From Acidobacteriota bacterium (GTDB lineage: Bacteria > Acidobacteriota > Thermoanaerobaculia > Gp7-AA8): DNA of 64,000 nucleotides. Made by a program: the position numbers and the translations under genes. The notes below the pieces were generated by a model, which was not told the origin of the DNA, ran no database searches, and was given only the letters and a program-made list of their open reading frames with translations. This document shows positions 10,467 to 18,331 of the stretch, piece after piece; the stretch's first letter is position 1; every line of letters begins with the position of its first letter. Location: positions 608,001 through 672,000 of the forward strand of contig JAFATB010000014.1 of assembly GCA_019244185.1 (NCBI GenBank). Direction: 5' to 3'.

Positions 10467-10741
10467 TAGACGTCTTTCGTCTCGCCGACCGGCACGAGGA
10501 AGATGTCCATCGGCTCCGCGGTCTCGTGCGTGACGTGATAGATGCGCTGCTGCAGCAGGTACGAGCGCGGGCCGATGAAGTAGAGCGAGAACGGATGGCG
10601 CGGCAGCTGCGCGGCCTCGCTCTCCATCACTTTTGCGGCGCGCTCGAGCCGCAGTTCCACCTTCGCACCATTCGGGAATTCGGCCCAGAAACTCGTTCCC
10701 ACGAGCGGTTCGAACGATTCGACGGTGAGCTGATCCAGCAT
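10442..10741 (-). CDS. DUF6916-like small protein, typically found with tail-collar/GNAT clusters
   Basis: PFSLYFIGP, LQQRIY, IFLVPVG, YEAVFA C-terminus. Confidence 0.8.
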   Translation of the reverse strand: MLDQLTVESFEPLVGTSFWAEFPNGAKVELRLERAAKVMESEAAQLPRHPFSLYFIGPRSYLLQQRIYHVTHETAEPMDIFLVPVGETKDVYQYEAVFA

Positions 10742-10776
10742 GCCGCGTTTTTAGCACAGTTTCGCGTTGCGCTACG

Positions 10777-11754
10777 ATGCCGGACGTGGCTGTCGATGAA
10801 CGCCTGACGCCCGCCGCGCCGCCGCAGGATGTGAACTCCGACCTCGGCTTCGGCGCCGTCGTCTCGCGCGAGAGCCGCGCGCGTCTGCTCAACCGCGACG
10901 GCAGCTTCAACGTCCGCCGCACCGGCCTGCGCGTGTGGGAGTCGCTCTCGATCTACCACTACTTCCTCACGCTGTCGTGGCCGCGCTTCCTCTCGTTCGT
11001 GATGGTCGTATACGTCGCCACGAACGCGCTCTTCGGCCTCGTCTACGTTTCGCTGGGAGACGGCGCGCTGCAGGGCGCCGAGCATCTCGACGCGATGCAT
11101 CGCTACGCGAAGTCGTTCTTCTTCAGCGTGCATACGCTGGCCACGATCGGCTACGGCAACGTCGTCCCGGCCACGCTCTCCGCCGACGTCGTGGTCACGC
11201 TCGAGTCGCTGGTCGGCATCCTCGGCTTCGCCGTCGTCGCCGGCATCGTCTTCGCGCGTTTCGCGCGGCCGGTGGCGCGCATCGTCTTCAGCCGCAACGC
11301 CGTCATCGCGCCGTATCGCGGCAGCCGCGCGTTCATGTTCCGCATCGTCAACCAGCGCTCGACGCAGCTCGTGCAGCTCGAGGCGCGCGTGCTCCTCGCG
11401 CGGCGCCGCGTGCCCGGCGCGCGCACGGCCGACCGCGAGTTCGTACAGCTCGAGCTCGAACGCGATCACGTCGTCTTCTTCCCGCTGGCGTGGACGATCG
11501 TGCATCCGATCGATGAGCGCAGTCCGCTCCGCGACTGGACAGAAGAAGACCTGCGCGAGTGCGATGCCGAGTTCCTCATCCTGCTCAATGGCTTCGACGA
11601 GACCTTCTCGCAGACCGTGCACGCGCGCTCGTCGTACAAGGTGCAGGACGTCGTGTGGGGCGCGCGCTTCGCGAGCATGTTCAATCCGACGGAAGACGGC
11701 GTGGTGAGCGTCGACATCCGCAAGCTCGACGACCTCGAACCCGCGACCGTCTGA
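10777..11754 (+). CDS. Inward-rectifier potassium channel (KirBac-like); start may be GTG 10786
   Basis: FFFSVHTLATIGYG selectivity filter, two TM helices, FARFARP, WTIVHPIDERSPL cytoplasmic domain. Confidence 0.92.
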   Translation: MPDVAVDERLTPAAPPQDVNSDLGFGAVVSRESRARLLNRDGSFNVRRTGLRVWESLSIYHYFLTLSWPRFLSFVMVVYVATNALFGLVYVSLGDGALQGAEHLDAMHRYAKSFFFSVHTLATIGYGNVVPATLSADVVVTLESLVGILGFAVVAGIVFARFARPVARIVFSRNAVIAPYRGSRAFMFRIVNQRSTQLVQLEARVLLARRRVPGARTADREFVQLELERDHVVFFPLAWTIVHPIDERSPLRDWTEEDLRECDAEFLILLNGFDETFSQTVHARSSYKVQDVVWGARFASMFNPTEDGVVSVDIRKLDDLEPATV

Positions 11755-11772
11755 GCTACACTGAAGGCAAGC

Positions 11773-12711
11773 ATGCAGGTCATCCTCCAGGGGAGTCTGC
11801 GGCACTTTCCGCCGGCAGAGCTCCTCTCGTTCCTGTCTCGCCGCGGGCAGCGCGGCACGCTCGATCTCGAGACCACCGGCCGCCGCGCGCGCATCGTCTT
11901 CGAGCGCGAAACGATCGTGGCCGCGGAGTCGAACAAGGCCAACGACGCACGTGACGCGGTGCTCGACGCGCTCTCCTGGCCCGGCGGCTCGTTCACGCTG
12001 CTCGACGATGCCGTATTGCCCGAGAACGCGGCCAAGCTCGCGCTGCCGCTCGATGCTCTTCTCGAAGAAGCGAAACGCCGCGCCGCCGCGGGCTCGGTCT
12101 ACGCCGACGCGACGAGCTTCCGCGTCATCGACGCGCCGTCGCTGCAGCAGCAGGTGAGTCTCACGGCCGAGGAGTTCAAGCTGTTGTTCCGCATCGCGAG
12201 CGGAAAGACGTTCGTCGAGCTCGTGACGGAGCTCGGCGTCCCGCGGCAGGAGCTCGCGGAGCGATTGCAGCGGCTCGAACAGATCGGACTCGTCGCCGCG
12301 ATGCGCGCGGAGCCGGGCACCGATCCGGGCGCGGAGAAGACGGCGCCGCAGGCCATGCTGCCGCGGCAGCGCACGCTCGTCGGCTCGCTCACGCCGGACG
12401 ACGCGCCCGACAGCGTGTGGCCGCTGCTCGACGCGGAGGCGACGATGGGCCGCGCGCCCGCGAATGCGATCGTCATTCAGGACGGCAGCGTGTCGTCGCG
12501 CCACGCGCGCATCGTGCGCGGCGCCGACGGCTTCTATCTCGAAGATCTGCAGAGCCGCAACGGCACGTTCGTGAACGGCGAGAAGGTCACCGAGAAGCGC
12601 CTCCTCGCCGACGGCGATCTCATTCGCCTCGGCAAGATCATCATGACGTTCAACGTCGCGCGCGAAGGGAAAGCGGGCGATACCACGCAGCCGGAGGTCC
12701 GGGTCGTGTAG
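11773..12711 (+). CDS. DUF4388-like N-terminal domain plus C-terminal FHA domain protein
   Basis: LQGSLRHFPPAELL...GTLDL (DUF4388/PATAN-like); FHA motifs GR, SSRH, SRNGTFVNG. Confidence 0.85.
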   Translation: MQVILQGSLRHFPPAELLSFLSRRGQRGTLDLETTGRRARIVFERETIVAAESNKANDARDAVLDALSWPGGSFTLLDDAVLPENAAKLALPLDALLEEAKRRAAAGSVYADATSFRVIDAPSLQQQVSLTAEEFKLLFRIASGKTFVELVTELGVPRQELAERLQRLEQIGLVAAMRAEPGTDPGAEKTAPQAMLPRQRTLVGSLTPDDAPDSVWPLLDAEATMGRAPANAIVIQDGSVSSRHARIVRGADGFYLEDLQSRNGTFVNGEKVTEKRLLADGDLIRLGKIIMTFNVAREGKAGDTTQPEVRVV

Positions 12712-12727
12712 CCCGCCCGGCGCGCCG

Positions 12728-15106
12728 ATGACCTCCTACGATCTGCTCATCGTCGGCTCCGGTCCCGCCGGTCTTGCCACCGCCTCGCACGCGCGGGACA
12801 ACGGCCTCGCGTACGCGCTCCTCGAACGCACCGATCATCTCGCCGACACGATCGACAGCTATCAGGCGCGCAAGTTCGTCATGGCCGAGCCGGTGATGAT
12901 CCCCGCGCGCGGCGAGCTGCCGTTCGAGGCCGGCTCGCGCGAGTCGATCCTCGACGCGTGGCAGCGCCATGTCGCGGAGAAGCAGCTCAACGTCGTCTTC
13001 AATGCCGAGGTCAAGTCGCTCGAGAAAAAAACGAGCGGCTTCGTCGTGAAGACCGCGGCAGGCGCGGTTTACGAGGCGAAGAACGTCGTACTCGCGATGG
13101 GGACGCAGGGCAACCCGCGCAAGCTCGGCGTGTCCGGCGACAGTCTGCCGCACGTGCGCTACCGGCTCGTCGATCCGGCGGAACATCAGGATGAAGACAT
13201 CCTCGTCGTCGGCGCGGGCGACTCCGCGCTCGAGATCGCGATCGCGCTCTCCGACGAGAACCGCGTCGGCCTCGTCGTGCGCGGCTCGGAGATCACGCGC
13301 GCGAACGAGATCCTCACGCGCGAAGTGCTCTCGCGGCAGGCCGCGGGACGGATGACGGTCTGGTACAACGCGACCGTTCGCGAAGTCTTCGAAGGCTACG
13401 CCGATCTCACCGTGCGCGGCGACGTCACGCGCGTGCCCGCGGAGCTCATCTTCCTCAAGCTCGGCGCCGATCCGCCGCGTCGCTTCTTCGAGGCCGCGGG
13501 CATCCGCTACAGCGGCGACGCGAAAGACGCGCGGCCGATCCTCAGCCCCGTGCACGAGTCGAGCGTGCCGGGACTCTTCCTCATCGGCGCGGCCAGCGGC
13601 CGCGATCTCATCAAGCTCGGCATGAACCAGGGGTGGGAAGTCGTCGAGCATCTGATGGGACGCGAGGTCGAGCCGGCGGACGAAGCGGTGCTCAAGGAGC
13701 GGCTGCCGTTCTGGAGCGGCTCCGTGCGCGAGCGCATCGCCGCGATCCGCAGCCGTGTGCCGCTGCTCGCCGCCGCCGACGAACAACAGCTGCGCGACAC
13801 GTTTCTCGCCACGCGCGTGCGCGAGTATCGCGACGGCGAGACGATCATCCGCCAGAACGACTACACGAACGACTTCCTCATCATCGTCGCCGGGCGCGTC
13901 GCGCTCTTTCGCCAGCCCGAGCAGTCGCAGAGCGAGGTCCGCATCGCCGAGCTCACCGCCGGCAACTTCTTCGGCGAGATGAGCCTCATCTCCGGCCGCC
14001 GCCGCACCGCCACGGCGCGCGCGGTGGGGGAGACGCGGATGATCGAGATTCCGCGCAAGGCCATTCTCAAGATGCTCGCGTCCGCGCCGCGCGCGAAGGC
14101 GCTCGTCGACCAGGCGTTCCTCCTGCGCGCGTTCGGCGGCTATCTCTTCCCCGGCGTTCCCGAGGCGCTCCTCGGCGAGCTCGTGGACAAGGCGGTCGTG
14201 CAGACGTTCGGCAAGGACGCGCCGGTCTTCAAGCAGGGCGACCACGCCGACGCGTTCTATCTGATCCGCAACGGCATGGTGAAGATCGCCAAGAAGTCGG
14301 GCGACAAGGAAGTCGTGCTGTCGTATCTCGTCGCGGGAAACTTCTTCGGCGAGGCGGCGCTCTTCTCCGACGCGAATCGCACGGCCAGCGTCACCACGAT
14401 CTTTCCGTCCGATCTCATCAAGCTCTCGAAGCGCGACTTCGACGCGTTCCTCGCCGCGCATCCCGATCTGCGCGAGGCGCCGCTGCGCAAGCTCGAGGAG
14501 CGCCGCATCGCCGGCCTCATCGCCGAGGGGACGCCGGGCTCCGGCAACATCCTCGGCGATCTCATTCGCGAGGAAGTGGTGATGGGGACGCAGACGCTGC
14601 TCATCGACGAGCACCGCTGCATCCGCTGCAACAACTGCATCCGCGCGTGCGAAGGCGTGCACGACGACGGACAGGCGCGCCTCTCGCTGACCGGCATCAA
14701 GCTCTACAACCTCCTCGCGCCGAACTCCTGCTGGCAGTGCGAGAACCCGCTGTGCATGCTCGACTGCCCGCCCGACGCGATCGCGCGCGATCCGCGCGGC
14801 GAGGTGTACATCAAGAGCAACTGCATCGGCTGCGGCAACTGCGAGCGCAACTGCCCCTACGGCAACATCTTCATGGTGCACAAGGAGCCGTCGCGCTCCG
14901 TCTTCTCCTGGATCAAAGCTCTCTTCCGCAAAGAGGCCGAGCCAAGCGCCGAACAGACCGTCGCCGTGAAGTGCGATCTCTGCCGCGGCATCAGCGGCGG
15001 CCCCGCGTGCGTGCGCGGATGCCCGACCGGAGCGGCGATCCGGCTGACGCCGGAGCAGTATCGGGAGACGCTGGAGGAGATCGTGATCTCACGAGGCGAG
15101 CGATGA
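12728..15106 (+). CDS. FAD/NAD(P)H oxidoreductase fused to two cNMP-binding domains and a DmsB/NrfC-type 4x[4Fe-4S] domain
   Basis: GSGPAG and GAGDSA Rossmann motifs; two FFGE...RTA cNMP cassettes; CIRCNNCIRAC, CWQC..PLCMLDCP, CIGCGNCERNCP, CDLC...ACVRGCP. Confidence 0.9.
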   Translation: MTSYDLLIVGSGPAGLATASHARDNGLAYALLERTDHLADTIDSYQARKFVMAEPVMIPARGELPFEAGSRESILDAWQRHVAEKQLNVVFNAEVKSLEKKTSGFVVKTAAGAVYEAKNVVLAMGTQGNPRKLGVSGDSLPHVRYRLVDPAEHQDEDILVVGAGDSALEIAIALSDENRVGLVVRGSEITRANEILTREVLSRQAAGRMTVWYNATVREVFEGYADLTVRGDVTRVPAELIFLKLGADPPRRFFEAAGIRYSGDAKDARPILSPVHESSVPGLFLIGAASGRDLIKLGMNQGWEVVEHLMGREVEPADEAVLKERLPFWSGSVRERIAAIRSRVPLLAAADEQQLRDTFLATRVREYRDGETIIRQNDYTNDFLIIVAGRVALFRQPEQSQSEVRIAELTAGNFFGEMSLISGRRRTATARAVGETRMIEIPRKAILKMLASAPRAKALVDQAFLLRAFGGYLFPGVPEALLGELVDKAVVQTFGKDAPVFKQGDHADAFYLIRNGMVKIAKKSGDKEVVLSYLVAGNFFGEAALFSDANRTASVTTIFPSDLIKLSKRDFDAFLAAHPDLREAPLRKLEERRIAGLIAEGTPGSGNILGDLIREEVVMGTQTLLIDEHRCIRCNNCIRACEGVHDDGQARLSLTGIKLYNLLAPNSCWQCENPLCMLDCPPDAIARDPRGEVYIKSNCIGCGNCERNCPYGNIFMVHKEPSRSVFSWIKALFRKEAEPSAEQTVAVKCDLCRGISGGPACVRGCPTGAAIRLTPEQYRETLEEIVISRGER

Positions 15107-15199
15107 ATGAAGAACGCAGAACGCAGAACGCAGAATTGAGAAAAGGGAGCCGGTTCTCCTTTCTTCATTCTTCGTTCTGCGTTCTGCGTTCTTCATTCA
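15104..15199. repeat. Palindromic intergenic element built from heptamer repeats (GAACGCA)n...(TTCTGCG)n
   Basis: TGAATGAAGAACGCAGAACGCAGAACGCAGAAT...ATTCTTCGTTCTGCGTTCTGCGTTCTTCATTCA; AT-rich relative to its flanks; related copy at 36858. Confidence 0.85.
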
Positions 15200-15212
15200 A
15201 GCGGAGGCCAGC

Positions 15213-16046
15213 ATGGCCGTAGCGCGGTCAGGTCCCTTCTGGCGCCGCACCTTCGTCCTCCTCCTCATCGCGCTCACCGCGTCCTACATCAACTACGCGC
15301 GCCGTGAGTTTCCGCACGGCGGCTCGCGCTACGGCCTCGCCTACGGCATCGGCGGCTCCGCGCTGATTCTGCTGCTGGCGTTCTTCGGCATCCGCAAGCG
15401 CTGGTATCGCTCGCGTTTCGGGACGCTCGAGCAATGGCTGCAGTCGCACATCTACCTCGGCGTGCTCGCGCTGGTCGTGCTCGTGTTCCACACCGGGATG
15501 CGCTTTCACGATCGCATCGCCGTGACGACGTTCGTGCTCGTCGTGATCGTCGTCGTCAGCGGGATCTTCGGCGCGATTCTGTACGTGACGCTGCCGCGGA
15601 TGCTGACGGAAGTCGAGAGCAATCTCACCGTCGATGAGATCTCCGAGCAGCTCAACCAGCTCGCGCGTTCGATGGCGCGCATCGCCTCGGGGCGCTCCGC
15701 AGCGTTCCAGCGGATCTACGACGAGCTCCTGCGGCAGTCGATGCCGCGCGGACTCGCGGGCTGGCGCCTGCTGCTCTCGGTCGGCAGCGCGCGCCGCAAG
15801 CAGCAGGAGACCTCGGATTGGGCGCGGCTGCTCGGGCTCGTGCCGATCGACGAGCAGGAAGAGCTGCGGCAGATGCTCGTCGTCTCGCGGCAGCGCAAAG
15901 AGCTCCTGCTGCGGCTCGTCTATCGCCAGCGCTACAAGAACGCGCTCGAGGCGTGGCTCTACGTGCACGTGCCGTTCACCATCGCGCTCATCGTCTTCGC
16001 CGTCGTGCACGTCGCGGCGGTGTTTTATTACGGGAGGGTCTGGTGA
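15213..16046 (+). CDS. Integral membrane protein with four helix-associated His (ferric reductase-like/cytochrome b-type)
   Basis: About 5 TM segments; WLQSHIYLG, FHTG, WLYVHVP, VHVAAV; GGAGG ribosome-binding site. Confidence 0.75.
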   Translation: MAVARSGPFWRRTFVLLLIALTASYINYARREFPHGGSRYGLAYGIGGSALILLLAFFGIRKRWYRSRFGTLEQWLQSHIYLGVLALVVLVFHTGMRFHDRIAVTTFVLVVIVVVSGIFGAILYVTLPRMLTEVESNLTVDEISEQLNQLARSMARIASGRSAAFQRIYDELLRQSMPRGLAGWRLLLSVGSARRKQQETSDWARLLGLVPIDEQEELRQMLVVSRQRKELLLRLVYRQRYKNALEAWLYVHVPFTIALIVFAVVHVAAVFYYGRVW

Positions 16047-18331
16047 GCTTTCTCATCCAGCGGACGGCCGGCCGCGGATTGACGCTCACGCAGGTGCAGG
16101 CGCCGGTGCTGCGCATCGGCCGCGGCACGAATCAGGAGCTGCGCTCCGAGAACCCCGCGGTCGCGCTCGAGCACGCGGTCATCGAAGTCGACAGCGCCGG
16201 CTACGTCATCACCGACAAGGGCTCGATCACCGGCACGTACGTCAATCGCCGGCCCGTCGAGTCGGCGCGTCTCGCGAAAGGCGACGTCATCGAGATCGGC
16301 GACCTCCGCGTCGAAGTGCAGCTCGCCGATCCCGCGAAACCGCTCTTCCTCCGCGTCGTCACCACGCGCGTCGCGACGGCGGTCGTCGTGGATGATGAAG
16401 AAGAGCACGCGGCCGCCGCGGCGGTCGTGGCGCCGGGCGCGCGCGTCGTGCGCGCGAAAAAGATCGATTACGCCGGCGCGTACCGCCTCGCGCGTCCGTA
16501 TCTGACGAAGCTCTCGCTCACGGCGATCCTGCTCATCCTCGCGCTCGGCCTCATCGGCGCGCTCGCGCAGCCGGAGAACCAGCGCTTCTTCCGCCCGGGC
16601 GACGTCTCGTCCGCGCACGCGCGCGCGGCGGGCGGCATCGGCGATCGCTGCGACGCGTGTCATACGCCGTGGCGCAGCGTCGACAACAACAAGTGCAAGA
16701 GCTGTCACGCGCAGCAGGCGCACGCGACGCTCGAGAAAGATCCGCCCGCGTGCTCGACGTGTCACGCCGAGCATCGCGCGCAGATGAAGCTCGCGAACCT
16801 CCCGCAGTCGCGCTGCACGAGCTGTCACGCGAACCTGGGCGCACACGTCGTCGCCGCGCCCGCGCAGCTCGTCGCGTTCCGCGCCGCGGACGACCGCTAC
16901 GACTTCGACGACATCGCGCACATCGCCTCGTTCGACACGCACCCCGACTTCCGCTATCTGCCCGACCGCGACACGCTGCGCTTCAACCACAAGCTCCATC
17001 TCGCGCCGCGCGGCATCTTCAACGCATCGGGCCGGCGCGAGATCCTGCAATGCGTGGGCTGCCACGAGCAGATCACCGTCAAAGGCAAGACCGATCCCGC
17101 GCCGATCCGGTTCGAGAAGCACTGCCAGCGCTGCCACCGCCTCACGTTCGACGCGCGTTTCGGCGACGCGGAAGTGCCGCACGGCGGCGATCCCGGCATC
17201 GTCTACGGGTTCGTCGTCGGCATGTACACCGGCAACCGCGACCTCGCGAGCAAGTCACCCGAGGAAGTGCGGCGGATGCTCACGACGGGGCGCGCGACGT
17301 CGAACGATCCGGGGGCGGTGCTGCACGCCGAGCAGGTCATCAAGACGAAGTGCACGAAGTGCCACGACGTGCAGCGCGCGGGCGCGCGGCTCGCGGTGAC
17401 GAAGCCGGTCCTCGCGTCGGTGTGGCTCACGCGCTCGCGCTTCTCGCACGGGCCGCATCGCAACGTCGCGTGCGAGAGCTGTCATCGCGCGTCGAACAGC
17501 GTCGCCACGAGCGACGTGATCATGCCGCACCGCGACGACTGCGTCACCTGTCACGCGCAGAACGCGAAGACGATGCAGGCGGCGAGCACATGCCTGGGCT
17601 GTCACGAGTATCATCAACACACCCAGAGACCGGTTGTGACGGCATCGCTCGCCCAGGCAGGAATGGGCGGGCTCGGAAGCGGAGGGCGAATGCTGCAGGG
17701 GATCCTGCTCGCGGTGATCGTGGTGTTGCTGCTGGTCGTGCTCGTGCCGGTCGGCATCGCTCTGTTCCAGCGGTTGCGTCCGGAGCGTTCCGCGCCCGCG
17801 CCGCGCGAGCGAGCGACGCCCGCGCCGCCGCCACCGCCGGCGATGCTCGCGCGTCCCGACGGCGTGACGGACAAGGTGCCGCGCCAGAGCGCGCCGCCTC
17901 CGCCCGATCTCACGCCGCGCGCCGCGGAAGCGCCCGCGCCGCCGTCCACGGTCGTCACGCCGATCCGCGAAGACACGGTCGTCAACCTCGACGAGCCGAA
18001 AGCTTCGAGCACGGAGATGGTGCAGTGGTACGGCATGCTGAACTGCACGGGCGGCCCGCTCGAAGGACAGCGCTTCATCATCGACGAGGCGGGCTTCTAC
18101 ATCGGCCGCGATCCCGCGCTCGCGAAAGTCGTGGTGCCCGACACGCGCGTTTCGAAGCGCCATCTGCGCATCGTGCCGCGCGACGGAAAAGTGTGGGCGA
18201 TCGATCAGGGCTCGACGAACGGAACGTTCCTCACGTCGGCGCCGACGCAGCGGATCACCGAGGTGCAGTTGAAGCGCGGCGATACGCTGGTGCTCGGGGA
18301 TAACGCGGCCACGTTCATCTATCAGATATGA
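16043..18331 (+). CDS. FHA - TM - decaheme cytochrome c - TM - Pro-rich linker - FHA protein
   Basis: GTG overlaps the upstream TGA; 10 CxxCH motifs (CDACH, CKSCH, CSTCH, CTSCH, CVGCH, CQRCH, CTKCH, CESCH, CVTCH, CLGCH); FHA-like domains at both ends. Confidence 0.88.
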   Translation: MSFLIQRTAGRGLTLTQVQAPVLRIGRGTNQELRSENPAVALEHAVIEVDSAGYVITDKGSITGTYVNRRPVESARLAKGDVIEIGDLRVEVQLADPAKPLFLRVVTTRVATAVVVDDEEEHAAAAAVVAPGARVVRAKKIDYAGAYRLARPYLTKLSLTAILLILALGLIGALAQPENQRFFRPGDVSSAHARAAGGIGDRCDACHTPWRSVDNNKCKSCHAQQAHATLEKDPPACSTCHAEHRAQMKLANLPQSRCTSCHANLGAHVVAAPAQLVAFRAADDRYDFDDIAHIASFDTHPDFRYLPDRDTLRFNHKLHLAPRGIFNASGRREILQCVGCHEQITVKGKTDPAPIRFEKHCQRCHRLTFDARFGDAEVPHGGDPGIVYGFVVGMYTGNRDLASKSPEEVRRMLTTGRATSNDPGAVLHAEQVIKTKCTKCHDVQRAGARLAVTKPVLASVWLTRSRFSHGPHRNVACESCHRASNSVATSDVIMPHRDDCVTCHAQNAKTMQAASTCLGCHEYHQHTQRPVVTASLAQAGMGGLGSGGRMLQGILLAVIVVLLLVVLVPVGIALFQRLRPERSAPAPRERATPAPPPPPAMLARPDGVTDKVPRQSAPPPPDLTPRAAEAPAPPSTVVTPIREDTVVNLDEPKASSTEMVQWYGMLNCTGGPLEGQRFIIDEAGFYIGRDPALAKVVVPDTRVSKRHLRIVPRDGKVWAIDQGSTNGTFLTSAPTQRITEVQLKRGDTLVLGDNAATFIYQI

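Noticed and set aside
15104-15199. CRISPR array (also considered at 36858 and 61176)
   Set aside because: 7-bp tandem units in inverted arms, no unique spacers and no cas genes
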